From an uncultured delta proteobacterium (GTDB lineage: Bacteria > Desulfobacterota > Binatia > Binatales > Binataceae), in the NCBI GenBank assembly GCA_963842085.1, contig CAWJET010000002.1, positions 384,001-448,000 on the forward strand: 64,000 bases of DNA. Reading direction: 5' to 3'. Numbering within the stretch: position 1 is the stretch's first letter; the number at the start of each line of letters is the position of its first letter. This document shows, piece by piece, positions 47,744-59,766 of this stretch. Position numbers and translations under genes: made by a program. The notes below the pieces were generated by a model. It worked only from the letters and a program-made list of their open reading frames with translations, was not told the origin of the DNA and made no database searches.

Positions 47744-48199
47744 TTACATCATCTGTAAAGCCTGGCAGGTGCGCGAGTCCGGCTTGAACTTGCCAGCCAG
47801 ACACGACAGCTTGGCCGCGTCGATCAGTGCTGGCTCGTCCCATTTCGTAGGCCACGAACCGGTGTTGACGGCGCCGCACGCCTGATGGTTGCCCATCGCG
47901 CACCACGCGCTCAGCTCACTGTGGAGCACGGCGAGCTGCTGGCATGCGTCCTGTTTGCCGGCGTTGCAGGCGGGCGTTTCGGTCTCGAGCGGCGTCGTGG
48001 ATTCCATCAGGACCCTGGTGTCGCTCACCTGTTGCACGATGACATCGCAGGCGACCTTGTTGCCTTGGTTGCACTTCTCGGTTGCGTCAGCCTGAATCTT
48101 GTTGACAAAGTCCGTCGCCGGCGAGCTGCATCCGGCGGAAACGAGCAGGGTGACTGCGAGCGCGAACAAGCTGGAATGCGTTCTGGACCGGGCGAGCAC
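47744..48199 (-). CDS. Cys-repeat lipoprotein
   Basis: Lipobox VSAGC; repeated CxxGxxxAC units. Start uncertain. Confidence 0.65.
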   Translation of the reverse strand: MLARSRTHSSLFALAVTLLVSAGCSSPATDFVNKIQADATEKCNQGNKVACDVIVQQVSDTRVLMESTTPLETETPACNAGKQDACQQLAVLHSELSAWCAMGNHQACGAVNTGSWPTKWDEPALIDAAKLSCLAGKFKPDSRTCQALQMM

Positions 48200-48251
48200 G
48201 AGCGCATTCTTTCGCCCACGATGAGTCTCACGCAAGCGCTGGCGCGAGCAT

Positions 48252-50405
48252 TTACGGTCCGACCGCGAGGCCGGCAGGTTTCCCCAGGCCCGTGAGCGAC
48301 CCGCTAATCGTCGCGATCGGCTTGGCATCGCCGCTGCTGCCGGGCGCATACACGGTTACGGTATCGACGCCTTCGTTGTCGCTGCCGTCGTTGCTGACGT
48401 AAATCTTTCCATCTGAATCGATACCGATGCCGTGCGGCGAATTCAGTCCGGTATGCGGTCCGGAGATGATCGCCTTTGGCGCAACATCGCCGAACTTGGC
48501 CGCGGCGTAAATCGTGACGGTGTCGTTACTGTTGTTGGTAACGTATATATCGCCGGCGGAATCGAGCGCCATACCAGCTGGCTGATGGAACTGCGTGCGC
48601 TTGTCTTTGGCTTCGTTTGCGATGATCGCTTTCGGCGCAACGTTCCCGTTGGCTGTAGATGGGTACACCGTCACGCTGCCTTTGTTGTCAGGACCTCCGC
48701 TGGCGTTCATTACATAGATGTTGTCCGCGGTATCGAGCGCGAGACCAACGGGATCGTTCAGACCGGTGTTATCAATTGTCTTGGTACCGACGATAGTCGC
48801 AATCGGCGCAACGTTGCCTTTGCTGCCAGCGGGAAAGATGGCTACGCGGCCGTTACTGATGTCACCAGCTCCACGTCCGCCTTGGTCGGCCACGTAGATT
48901 TTGCCATGAGTATCGACTGCGATCGCTTCCGCGAAGGTGAGGCCGGGCTTGTCGCTCACGCCATCGGCGCTGATCGTCGCAATCTCGGCCACATTGGCGT
49001 AGCTCCCCGGCGGGTAGACCGTGATGCTAGCCGATTCCGTGCGTGGGTCTTCCTGGCCGCCTCCGTTCGCCACGTAAATCTGCCCCTTGGAATCAACCGT
49101 TACACTGGATGGACTGGAGATGCTGGTCGGACTCTCGATCGTGACCGAGGGCGCCACGTTGCCGTTGGCGCCGGCGCTGAAGACGCCGATTCTGTTCGAC
49201 GTGTCGGAATTGGTAACGTACATGTTGCCATCGGGATCGACCGCAATCCCGCCAGGGTCAGATATTCCGGTCTTCTTGCCGGCGATGTTCGATATCGGCG
49301 TCAGGCACTGACCTGTGTAACCCTCGGTCGTCGGTGGACCTGTCGGGTGATGCACCACAATTGGTTCCAGGTTCAGGTGATCGCCGGTTCCCTGGTCTTG
49401 CTGAGTAAAGACCGCTACGCCTGCGGTGCCGGTATCGAAATTCCAGCGGGTTGTCACGTACACGTTTCCTTTCGAGTCGAGCGTTATTGCTCCCGGCGTA
49501 TGGATTTTCGCGCAATCGCAGTCGATCGATGCGAATGGAGCGACATTGCCGCTGCTGCCGGGCGCAAAGATCAGGACAGCGGCGCTGGGAGATTGGGGTG
49601 CTCCGGCTGCGCTACTCGAGACAAATAACCTTCCGCTCGAATCGACCGCGACTCCCTCCGGCGCCGACAGCAAGCTGGCGGGACCCGAGATAACGCGGGC
49701 AGGAGCGACGTTGCCATTGCTGCCGGGGGAATACACCGTGATGGTGTCGGGCTTTTCGTCCTGGCTCTGATTGGAGACGTAGATGTAGCCCTGCGAGTCT
49801 AGGGCCAGCGCTTGAGAATAACTCAGCCTCGTCTTCGGGCCGCTGATCCTCGCCATCGGTGCTTCATCGCCGTTGCTACCGGCGCGATAAATCGTGACGC
49901 TCGGCGGATCGGAACTCTGATCGCCAGACAGGATGCCTTCGTTAACGACATAGATGTTACCGGCGGAATCCAGCGCGACACCTTGCGGGATAATGAGTTG
50001 CCCACCGCTAATCGTGAAAATTGGAGCCGGCCTCCTGCCGCCGCTCACTGGATACGCCGTGATTGAGTAGCCGTCCTCCGCTCCACCAGAGTTGGTAACG
50101 TAGAGATTTCCCTCCCAGTAAGCGATGCCGGAGGGCTGGGATAGAAAGGTCCGTGTAAAAAGAGACGGCACGTTGCCGTTGTTCCCAATTGGAAACACAC
50201 TTAGGGAATCGAGCGTTGGATTCGCCACAAAGATAGCGGGAGCGGGCTTGTGGCTGGTCGTCGAAGTAGCGGCCGGCGTTGATTCCTCAGCCTTGGAGGT
50301 GCGACCGCAGATGACGACGAGCACGATCGCGAGCGCGAACAGACAGACGGGGCGCGCTCCGGGTTTCACAGTCACATTGTTTCGCTCGCGATAACTGTTA
50401 CGCAA
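48252..50405 (-). CDS. Exported NHL-repeat beta-propeller protein
   Basis: Signal peptide; many repeats of PxGIAVDxxGxIYVxN...ITVYxxGSxGNVAP. The start is probably slightly downstream. Confidence 0.88.
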   Translation of the reverse strand: MRNSYRERNNVTVKPGARPVCLFALAIVLVVICGRTSKAEESTPAATSTTSHKPAPAIFVANPTLDSLSVFPIGNNGNVPSLFTRTFLSQPSGIAYWEGNLYVTNSGGAEDGYSITAYPVSGGRRPAPIFTISGGQLIIPQGVALDSAGNIYVVNEGILSGDQSSDPPSVTIYRAGSNGDEAPMARISGPKTRLSYSQALALDSQGYIYVSNQSQDEKPDTITVYSPGSNGNVAPARVISGPASLLSAPEGVAVDSSGRLFVSSSAAGAPQSPSAAVLIFAPGSSGNVAPFASIDCDCAKIHTPGAITLDSKGNVYVTTRWNFDTGTAGVAVFTQQDQGTGDHLNLEPIVVHHPTGPPTTEGYTGQCLTPISNIAGKKTGISDPGGIAVDPDGNMYVTNSDTSNRIGVFSAGANGNVAPSVTIESPTSISSPSSVTVDSKGQIYVANGGGQEDPRTESASITVYPPGSYANVAEIATISADGVSDKPGLTFAEAIAVDTHGKIYVADQGGRGAGDISNGRVAIFPAGSKGNVAPIATIVGTKTIDNTGLNDPVGLALDTADNIYVMNASGGPDNKGSVTVYPSTANGNVAPKAIIANEAKDKRTQFHQPAGMALDSAGDIYVTNNSNDTVTIYAAAKFGDVAPKAIISGPHTGLNSPHGIGIDSDGKIYVSNDGSDNEGVDTVTVYAPGSSGDAKPIATISGSLTGLGKPAGLAVGP

Positions 50406-50464
50406 GCGCCGGCCTGAAACGCGCGGGGGTTGACACTGAAAGGGATGAGGGCGGAATTTGAAGC

Positions 50465-51244
50465 GTGGATCTCAAAAATATAATTTTCGACAAAGCCGCA
50501 ATTGCGACGCTGACCGTGAACCGGCCGGCTGCGCTCAACGCGTTGAATCGCGAGGTGCTCGAGGAAATGGCGCGCGTCATTCGCGAGGTGCGTCACGACT
50601 CGTCGGTGCGCGTGCTGATCGTCACGGGCGCCGGCGATCGGGCGTTCGTCGCCGGCGCGGACATCGCGGCGATGGCGAAAATGTCAGCGGTTGACGGGCT
50701 CGATTTTTCGCGCCTGGGCCATCGGGTGATGGAAAGTTTCGAGGACCTGCCGATCCCCGTCATCGCCGCGGTCAACGGGTTCGCGCTCGGCGGCGGTCTG
50801 GAGCTTGCGCTCGCATGCGACCTGATCGTCGCCAGCGAAAAAGCGCGTTTCGGTCAGCCCGAGATAAATCTCGGACTAATCCCGGGCTTTGGCGGAACGC
50901 AACGCCTGCCGCATCGAATCGGCCATAACAAGGCGCGCGAGCTGATCATGACGGGCGAGATGTTCGATGCGAAGACCGCGCTGGAACTGGGCCTCGTCAA
51001 CCAGGTCGTGGCGCCCGCCGACCTTGCCGAAACCGCGCGCAAGCTGGCCGAGAAACTCGCAGGCAAATCCGCCGTCGCGCTCCGTCAGGCGAAAGCCGCG
51101 CTGCGGGCCTCGTTCACAATGGAAGAGGGCGCGGGGCTCCGATTCGAGCGGGAGGCGTTCGGCGTGGTCTTCGGCAGCGCGGACCGCGTCGAGGGTACGA
51201 CCGCATTCGTCGAGAAACGCCCGCCGAAGTGGCAGCACAAGTAG
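50465..51244 (+). CDS. Enoyl-CoA hydratase
   Basis: LNALN, AFVAGADI, AVNGFALGGGLELALACD, GQPEINLGLIPGFGGTQRL. Confidence 0.93.
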   Translation: MDLKNIIFDKAAIATLTVNRPAALNALNREVLEEMARVIREVRHDSSVRVLIVTGAGDRAFVAGADIAAMAKMSAVDGLDFSRLGHRVMESFEDLPIPVIAAVNGFALGGGLELALACDLIVASEKARFGQPEINLGLIPGFGGTQRLPHRIGHNKARELIMTGEMFDAKTALELGLVNQVVAPADLAETARKLAEKLAGKSAVALRQAKAALRASFTMEEGAGLRFEREAFGVVFGSADRVEGTTAFVEKRPPKWQHK

Positions 51245-51370
51245 CAGGGGTGACCCCTGCTTGACGACTTCCGGCACCTGTGGGAAACTCCGGCCAGAGA
51301 AGAAGACGGCGCCGCCGCACGGGCGGCGTTAGTCATTCTGACCCATCATCGAATCGTTCGGAGGATCTTC

Positions 51371-51811
51371 ATGGCTGAGCAGGCTCAAGCTACTGACACG
51401 GGACCGCGCCCAATCGTTCCATGGCTGAAACTGGCGCCCAAACCCCATCTCGAAGGTATCAAGTGCGCGTGCGGAGCAATCTATCTCGATCCCAAGCGCG
51501 TCGCCTGTTCGAAGTGCGGCGAGACCGACAAGTTCAAGCCGCTGACGCTGTCCGACAAGGGCAAGGTGTACGTGTTCTCGGTCGTGCATCAGTCGTTTCC
51601 GGGAATCAAGACGCCGTATGTGACGGCGATTGTCGATCTGCCCGAGGGTATCAGCGTCCGCGCGAATCTGACGGGTGTCGATCCCGAGCAGGCGCAGAAA
51701 GAACCCAACAAGATTTTCAATCTGCCGGTCGAATTGGTAACCGGCGTTGCGGCCAAGGATCGCGAAGGGCACGACGTAGTGGCTTTTTCGTTCCAGCCGA
51801 GTAAAAATTAG
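51371..51811 (+). CDS. DUF35 Zn-ribbon/OB-fold acyl-CoA-binding protein
   Basis: KCACG...CSKCG, PYVTAIVDLPEG; upstream of a thiolase-like gene. Confidence 0.85.
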   Translation: MAEQAQATDTGPRPIVPWLKLAPKPHLEGIKCACGAIYLDPKRVACSKCGETDKFKPLTLSDKGKVYVFSVVHQSFPGIKTPYVTAIVDLPEGISVRANLTGVDPEQAQKEPNKIFNLPVELVTGVAAKDREGHDVVAFSFQPSKN

Positions 51812-51889
51812 GCGCCCGGCAAGCGCCAGCGCGGCGAACAACTTTACGACGGACCTGAGCTTTGGGCCGGGCCGCCAGGAGGAATCAAG

Positions 51890-53053
51890 ATGCGAAATGT
51901 TTATGTTCTCGGAACCGGGATGATCAAGTTTGGACGCTATCCCGAGAAGACCGTTCCGGAACTCGGCGGCCAGGCGGCGATCCTCGCGCTCAAGGATGCC
52001 GGAATCGGAATCAAGGACGTTGAGATGTTCGCCTGCGGAAATCTCTACCAGTCCAACGCCATGGTCGGGCAGAGAATCCTGCAGCAAATAGGCCAGACCG
52101 GAATCCCGGTGATCAACGTCGCTAACGCATGCGCCACCGGCTCGACGGCGTTTCGCGAGGCGTACATGTCGGTAGCGGCCGGGATGTACGACATCGCGAT
52201 GGCGGTCGGTGTCGAGCAGATGGGCAAGGCGGGATTGCTCGGCGGCGGCGGCGGCGGCGGCGATCCCGCGTACCTGACCGAGGGCAAGGTCGGCTCGGGC
52301 CTGATGCCCGCCGTGTTCGGCCAGGCGGGCATCGAGCACATGCGCAAGTACGGCACCAAGCTGGAGCACTTCGCGAAGATCTCGGTGAAGTCGCACAAGC
52401 ATGCAACCAAGAATCCGTTCTCGCAGTATCGCAACGAAGTCTCGCTCGAAGACGTGATGAATGCGCGCATGGTCGCCTATCCCAACACCCTTTATATGTG
52501 TTGCCCGACAGGTGACGGCGCGGCGGCGGCGATCCTGGTCAGCGAGGACAAGCTGAAACAGCTCGCCGGCGGACGCAAGCGCGCGAAAGTGGCGGCCTCC
52601 GTGTTGACCTCCGATCCTTGGACCGATCGCGACCTCACGCTGCCCGACGTCAGCACGCTCACGCGGCGCGCGTCGAAGCAGGCCTACGAGAAGGCCGGCA
52701 TCGGGCCCAAGGATATGGCCCTTACCGAATTGCATGACTGCTTCGCCACGGCAGAACTGGTGCATTACGAGAACCTCGGACTGTGCGGCGATGGCGAAGC
52801 CGGCAAGTTCATCGACTCGGGCGGCGGCATGCATCCGAGCCTGGGCGGCCATGACCCGGTCAACGTTTCGGGCGGATTGCTCTCGAAGGGTCATCCTCTC
52901 GGCGCGACCGGCGTCGCGAATATCTGCGAGGTGGTCTGGCACCTGACCCAGGACGATCGCGCGAAAGATCGCCAAGTGCCTAACGCCAAGGCGGGCCAGG
53001 CCCACGTAATCGGGCTGGGTTCCGCCTGCACGATCCACATCCTGACCGTATAA
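51890..53053 (+). CDS. SCP2/SCP-x-type thiolase family protein
   Basis: NACATG, DGAAAA, ELHDCF, NVSGGLLSKGHPLGATG. Confidence 0.9.
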   Translation: MRNVYVLGTGMIKFGRYPEKTVPELGGQAAILALKDAGIGIKDVEMFACGNLYQSNAMVGQRILQQIGQTGIPVINVANACATGSTAFREAYMSVAAGMYDIAMAVGVEQMGKAGLLGGGGGGGDPAYLTEGKVGSGLMPAVFGQAGIEHMRKYGTKLEHFAKISVKSHKHATKNPFSQYRNEVSLEDVMNARMVAYPNTLYMCCPTGDGAAAAILVSEDKLKQLAGGRKRAKVAASVLTSDPWTDRDLTLPDVSTLTRRASKQAYEKAGIGPKDMALTELHDCFATAELVHYENLGLCGDGEAGKFIDSGGGMHPSLGGHDPVNVSGGLLSKGHPLGATGVANICEVVWHLTQDDRAKDRQVPNAKAGQAHVIGLGSACTIHILTV

Positions 53054-53087
53054 TTCAGGAACCAACGCCTAATCGGCACTTCGAGAG

Positions 53088-53115
53088 AGGGCCGCCCAAA
53101 CAGGCGGCCCTTTTT
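53088..53115 (+). terminator. Rho-independent terminator
   Basis: AGGGCCGCC-loop-GGCGGCCCT-TTTT after the thiolase gene. Confidence 0.8.
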
Positions 53116-53167
53116 CTTTCCCGGTTGGGCCGATAAATTTGACGGACCGGAAGAACGAACAACCAAA

Positions 53168-54049
53168 ATGGCGAATCAGGAAATATCGACGGCTGAACGA
53201 CTCGGCTACGCGGCGGACGCGCGCGTGCTCATCCTCAATGCGGACGATTTCGGCATGTGCCACGATCAGAACGAAGGCGTCATCACCGGCCTGAAGGCGG
53301 GCGTGTTCACCTCGTCGACGATCCTCGTGACGTGTCCGTGGTTCGAGGAGGCAGCAGAGTTCGCGCGCAATAATCCCGGCGCCGACCTGGGCGTGCATCT
53401 CACGCTTACCGCGGAATGGGACAGCTACAAGTGGGGACCCGTATCGGCACGGCACGCAGTGCCGACGCTCGTCGACGAGCGCGGCTACCTGTGGCAGACC
53501 GTCGCGCAGGTCTACGAGCATGCGCGCCTCGCCGAGGCGGAGGCTGAGCTCCGCGCGCAGATCGAAAAGGCGCTGGCGGCGGGAATCGACGTGACTCATC
53601 TCGATTCGCACATGGGCACCCTGCAACTGCGCGCCGACTATCACGAGATTTACGCGCGCCTGGCCGACGAGTATCGCGTGCCGATCAGGCTGGCGTCGCG
53701 CAGCTGGATGCGCACCGAAGAGATGGGGATGGGCGCGATTCTCGATCAGCTCGACACAGCCGGCGTGGTCACGCCCGATCACCTCGTGTTCAACGGGCCA
53801 GAGTCGGTGGCGGAGACCGAGTCCTACTGGTCGAATCTTATTCGCACGCTGAAGCCGGGGGTGACCGAGATTCTGTGCCATCCGGCGTTCGCGCGCGACG
53901 AACTGAAGAGTTGCGCGCGCGACGCTTTCCAGCGCGAAGCTGATTTCCGCTACTTCACTTCGGACGAAGCGCGCAAACTGCTCGGGGATGAGGGCGTCGA
54001 ACTCGCCGGCTTCCGCAAACTGCGCGACCTGCAGCGCGCCAAGAATTGA
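53168..54049 (+). CDS. YdjC/ChbG family deacetylase
   Basis: ILNADDFG, GVHLTL, THLDSHMG, EILCHP. Confidence 0.88.
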   Translation: MANQEISTAERLGYAADARVLILNADDFGMCHDQNEGVITGLKAGVFTSSTILVTCPWFEEAAEFARNNPGADLGVHLTLTAEWDSYKWGPVSARHAVPTLVDERGYLWQTVAQVYEHARLAEAEAELRAQIEKALAAGIDVTHLDSHMGTLQLRADYHEIYARLADEYRVPIRLASRSWMRTEEMGMGAILDQLDTAGVVTPDHLVFNGPESVAETESYWSNLIRTLKPGVTEILCHPAFARDELKSCARDAFQREADFRYFTSDEARKLLGDEGVELAGFRKLRDLQRAKN

Positions 54050-55320
54050 ACGCGTGTAACAAGGTGGAACTGACACGACTTAGAGGATTTCGAGATATCA
54101 TCGGCGCCGACGCGCGTGCGCTGAGCCTCATCGAGGAGCGGGCGCGCGCGTTGGTCGAGCGCTACTCGATGAAAGAGATCCGCGTTCCGGTGCTGGAGCG
54201 CACCCAACTCTACCTGCGCTCGACCGGCGAAACCTCGGACATCGTCGAAAAGCAGATGTACACGTTCACCGATCGCGACGAAGGCGAAACGGTCGTCGCG
54301 CTCCGGCCCGAAGGTACGCCCGGCGTGGTGCGCGCCTACCTCGAGGCCGGGTTCGATCGCACCGAGCCCGAGCAGAGGCTGTTCTATTCGGGTCCGATGT
54401 TCCGCCGCGAACGTCCGCAGAAGGGCCGCTATCGCCAGTTCTATCAGTTCGGCGTCGAGGTTTTCGGCCGTCCCGACGCAGCCTGCGACGCCGAGTTGCT
54501 GATGATGATCGATGAACTTTGTCGCGGGCTGAAAGTTCCGTTCACGATGGAAATCAATTCGATCGGCGACCAGAAGTGCCGGCCGGCCTTTCGCAGTGCG
54601 CTCGTCGAATGGGGTCGCGCGCACTGGGACCAGCTCTGCGACGACTGCCACAGCCGCATCGACCGTAATCCGCTGCGCCTGCTCGACTGCAAAATTGACG
54701 CGAAGCTCGCGGAGTCGGCGCCCAACAGCCTCGATTACCTGTGCCAGGAATGCCGCGCGCACTTCGACACCGTCAAGGATCTGCTCTCCGCCGCTAACGT
54801 GCGGTTCATCGTCAATCCACGGATGGTGCGGGGCCTGGACTACTACACGCGCACCGCGTTCGAGGTGATGGCGGGGGGGCTCGGCGCCCAGAGCACGGTC
54901 GTGGCGGGCGGGCGCTACGATGGACTGGTCGAGACGATGGGCGGCGCGGCGGTTGCGGGAATCGGTTTTGCGATCGGTGTCGATCGAATGGCGCTGGCTC
55001 TGGAAGCGGCTGGTGTGCTGCCAGCCGTAACCCCCGATGCCGTCGTCATCGCGATGGGACCCGCGGCGATGCGCAAGGCGATCGTCGTCGCACGCGATTT
55101 GCGCGCCCTGGGCTTCAATGTCGAGGTGCTTTCGCCGGAGCGAAAAATGAAGGCGTTGCTCGGACGCGCATCGAAGCTCGGCGCGCGGTTCGCAGTTATC
55201 ATTGGCGAAGACGAATTGTCACGGGGAATCGTGCAACTCCGCGACCTCGAACAAAGCATCCAGCGCGAATATGAGCTTGCGGCTGCGTTTGAGCTGATCG
55301 CGGGAGCTAAACCCAAGTGA
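54046..55320 (+). CDS. hisS: Histidine--tRNA ligase
   Basis: DIVEKQMY, LRPEGT, FRRERPQKGRYRQF, VRGLDYY, GGRYD. The start may be GTG 54064. Confidence 0.96.
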   Translation: MNACNKVELTRLRGFRDIIGADARALSLIEERARALVERYSMKEIRVPVLERTQLYLRSTGETSDIVEKQMYTFTDRDEGETVVALRPEGTPGVVRAYLEAGFDRTEPEQRLFYSGPMFRRERPQKGRYRQFYQFGVEVFGRPDAACDAELLMMIDELCRGLKVPFTMEINSIGDQKCRPAFRSALVEWGRAHWDQLCDDCHSRIDRNPLRLLDCKIDAKLAESAPNSLDYLCQECRAHFDTVKDLLSAANVRFIVNPRMVRGLDYYTRTAFEVMAGGLGAQSTVVAGGRYDGLVETMGGAAVAGIGFAIGVDRMALALEAAGVLPAVTPDAVVIAMGPAAMRKAIVVARDLRALGFNVEVLSPERKMKALLGRASKLGARFAVIIGEDELSRGIVQLRDLEQSIQREYELAAAFELIAGAKPK

Positions 55321-55386
55321 CTGTTTCTTGCGCCTTCAGGCACAGGTATTCTTCGACCACAAGCGGCCTTCAACTGTGAACAGGTA

Positions 55387-57176
<1,790 letters not shown>

Positions 57177-57180
<4 letters not shown>

Positions 57181-57971
57181 AAGCGGCTTGGGCGAGGGCG
57201 GCGGCGCGGCTGGCGCTGGTGTGCGCGGCGCTCTCGCTGGCGGCGGGATGCACCGCGATCGCGGCGGACGCGGTTAACTCCACTACCGGGGCGGTAAGCG
57301 ACGCAATCAACCAGCGCGACGTGAAGGCGCATGCGGTGCGCTCGATCAAAACCGTCGCCATCAATCGTATCGCTGTGATGCCGCTGGTCGATGCGGCCCC
57401 GGGCGGTGGCGAGCCACTGGCTCCAGGAGCCTCTGAGGCGGTTAGCGCCGAGCTTTACGGCCAGGTCGCGCTGGCCGGTGGATGGGATACGATCCCCGAG
57501 CAGGACGTCGACAATGCGATGCAGAAGATGCCGCCGACCACGCTCGGCAACCTCGATGAAAATGCGCTCAGGCTGGGCCATGACGTGTCGGCCGACGGCG
57601 TAATCTACGGCACGGTCGAGCGTTACAAGGAACGCGTCGGGATGGATTACTCGGCGGCAAGTCCGGCGTCGGTGGCGTTCACGCTCAAGTTCGTCGATCT
57701 GAAGAGCAAGCAAATCGTCTGGACCGCAAAGTTTGCCAAGTCGCAAGCGGCGTTGAGCCAGAATCTTTTCGACCTCGCCAATTTCGTGCAACGTTCCGGA
57801 CGCTGGGTGCGCGCCAATGAAATCGCCCAGGAAGGCGTCAAGGAAGCGGTCGCCGATCTTCACGGCGATCTCAATCTGAGCCAGAACGTCAAGCGCTTCG
57901 AAACCGGCACCTACGGCGAACTCAAGTCCGGGCAGCAGCGCTACAACACGGGGCCCAACGGGATGTATTAG
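57177..57971 (+). CDS. Lipoprotein (CsgG/TolB-N-like fold)
   Basis: Lipobox LAAGC; RIAVMP; ADGVIYGTVERY; VDLKSKQIVW. Confidence 0.7.
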
Positions 57972-57972
57972 G

Positions 57973-59079
57973 CTATTCCCAGGGCGAGTGCGGCTTCATC
58001 TTGAGCGCTTGCGCCACTGCCGGATGCACGATGTGGCCGTCGAAGGTGTTCAGTCCGTGGCGAATAGCCTGGCTGTGCAGCCCGGCTTCGAGAATCCCGC
58101 GATCCGCAATCTCGAGCGCATAGGTCAGCGTCGCATTGGTGAGCGCGTAGGTTGAAGTGTGCGGCACCATCGCCGGCATGTTCGTGACGCAGTAGTGCAC
58201 GACCCCGTTGCGAATGAAGGTTGGTCGCGCGTGCGTGGTCGGCGCGGAGGTCTCCGCGATGCCGCCCTGGTCGATCGATAAATCTACGATCGCCGCGCCG
58301 CGCCGCATCCGCCCAACCATCTTTGCGCTGAGCAGCCGCGGCGTACGCGCGCCCGGGACCAGCACCGCGCCAATCAACAGGTCGCAGTTGGTGACTTCCT
58401 CGTCCAGCGTCGCGCGATTCGACATCACGGTGGTCACGCGCCCGCCCAGCAGGTCGCTTAGATAGCGCAGTCTGGTTGGATTGATATCCAGGATCGTCAC
58501 CTCGGCACCGATGCCGGCCGCCACCCGGCATGCGTTCAGCCCGGAGATTCCCCCGCCGACAACGACGACCTTGCCGGGCCGCACACCCGGCGCTCCGCTG
58601 AGCAGCACGCCGCGGCCGCCGCTGCGCGCCTGCAGGCACCAGGAGCCGGCCTGGATCGCAAGCCGGCCCGCGACCTCGCTCATCGGCGCGAGCAGCGGCA
58701 GGCTCGAGTCCTCGAGCTGGATCGTTTCGTACCCAACCGCTGTCACGCGCCGGCGAATCAGCTCGCGCGAAAGACGCGAGTCCGCAGCGAGATGAAGATA
58801 GGTAAAAACGATCAAGCCCGGACGCATCAGCGAATATTCCCGCGGTTGCGGTTCCTTGACCTTCAGGATCATCTCGGTGCGGCGCCACACCCCGGCCGCG
58901 CCGGTTACGATCGATGCGCCGGCCTTGCGGTAGTCGCTGTCGGCAAATCCGCTGCCGACGCCGGCGCCGGCCTGGACCACCACACGATGCCCGTGCGTGC
59001 GCAGCGCGGCCACTCCCGCCGGCGTCAACGAGACGCGCCGCTCGTCGGATTTAATTTCGGTGGGAATTCCGACATTCAT
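57973..59079 (-). CDS. ald: Alanine dehydrogenase
   Basis: MNVGIPTEIK..ERRV, LKVKEP, TYLHLAA, LLAPMSEVAG, IDQGG, NMPAMVP. Confidence 0.95.
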   Translation of the reverse strand: MNVGIPTEIKSDERRVSLTPAGVAALRTHGHRVVVQAGAGVGSGFADSDYRKAGASIVTGAAGVWRRTEMILKVKEPQPREYSLMRPGLIVFTYLHLAADSRLSRELIRRRVTAVGYETIQLEDSSLPLLAPMSEVAGRLAIQAGSWCLQARSGGRGVLLSGAPGVRPGKVVVVGGGISGLNACRVAAGIGAEVTILDINPTRLRYLSDLLGGRVTTVMSNRATLDEEVTNCDLLIGAVLVPGARTPRLLSAKMVGRMRRGAAIVDLSIDQGGIAETSAPTTHARPTFIRNGVVHYCVTNMPAMVPHTSTYALTNATLTYALEIADRGILEAGLHSQAIRHGLNTFDGHIVHPAVAQALKMKPHSPWE

Positions 59080-59360
59080 GCTGATGGGTCCTCCGCCGCT
59101 ACCTGAACAATCTTTTGGTCGCGCCCGGTCTCGACGATACGGCGCGTGCCGAGCCGCTGGCAATCGCGGCCCGACGAGCCCGCTAACGCCATCGACGCGC
59201 GACAGTCAAGAGTCAATCACCTGATCGATGCTGATGATGGTGCGCTCCGGAACTTGACAAGACTAACTCCACCGCGCTTCATGAGCATTGATGTGATCGT
59301 GATCGGGTCTGGCGCGCGGCGGCCGCAAAAAGCGCGACGCTCACGATTTCGGGAGGAGTC

Positions 59361-59750
59361 ATGGAGATCCCGCAGGGGTTCAAATATTCGAAGGAGCATG
59401 AATGGGTCGTGACCGAAGACAGCGTTGCGACCGTTGGAATCACCGATCACGCGCAGGACCAGTTGGGCGAGATCGTTTACATCGAATTGCCTGCAGTCGG
59501 GGACAAGATCAGCAAGGACGACCCGTTCGGCGTGGTCGAGTCGGTCAAGGCGGTCTCGGATATCTACGCGCCCGTCACCGGCACCGTCATCGAGATCAAC
59601 GAAGACCTGCCCGAGAGTCCCGAAACGGTCAACGAAGATCCGTACGGCGATGGGTGGCTGATCAAGGTGAAGATCACCGACATGAGCGACCTCGAAGACC
59701 TGATGGACGCCGACGAATACGCGGAACTGCTCGCGCGCGAGAAGGAATAA
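59361..59750 (+). CDS. gcvH: Glycine cleavage system H protein (lipoyl carrier)
   Basis: HEWV, GITDHAQ, VESVKAVSD, NEDPYGDGW. Confidence 0.95.
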   Translation: MEIPQGFKYSKEHEWVVTEDSVATVGITDHAQDQLGEIVYIELPAVGDKISKDDPFGVVESVKAVSDIYAPVTGTVIEINEDLPESPETVNEDPYGDGWLIKVKITDMSDLEDLMDADEYAELLAREKE

Positions 59751-59766
59751 TCGCCGCGGCTGCGAT

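Noticed and set aside
52241-52261. (GGC)7 tract in the thiolase gene as a phase-variation site
   Set aside because: It is an in-frame trinucleotide repeat encoding a Gly loop; slippage would not shift the frame.
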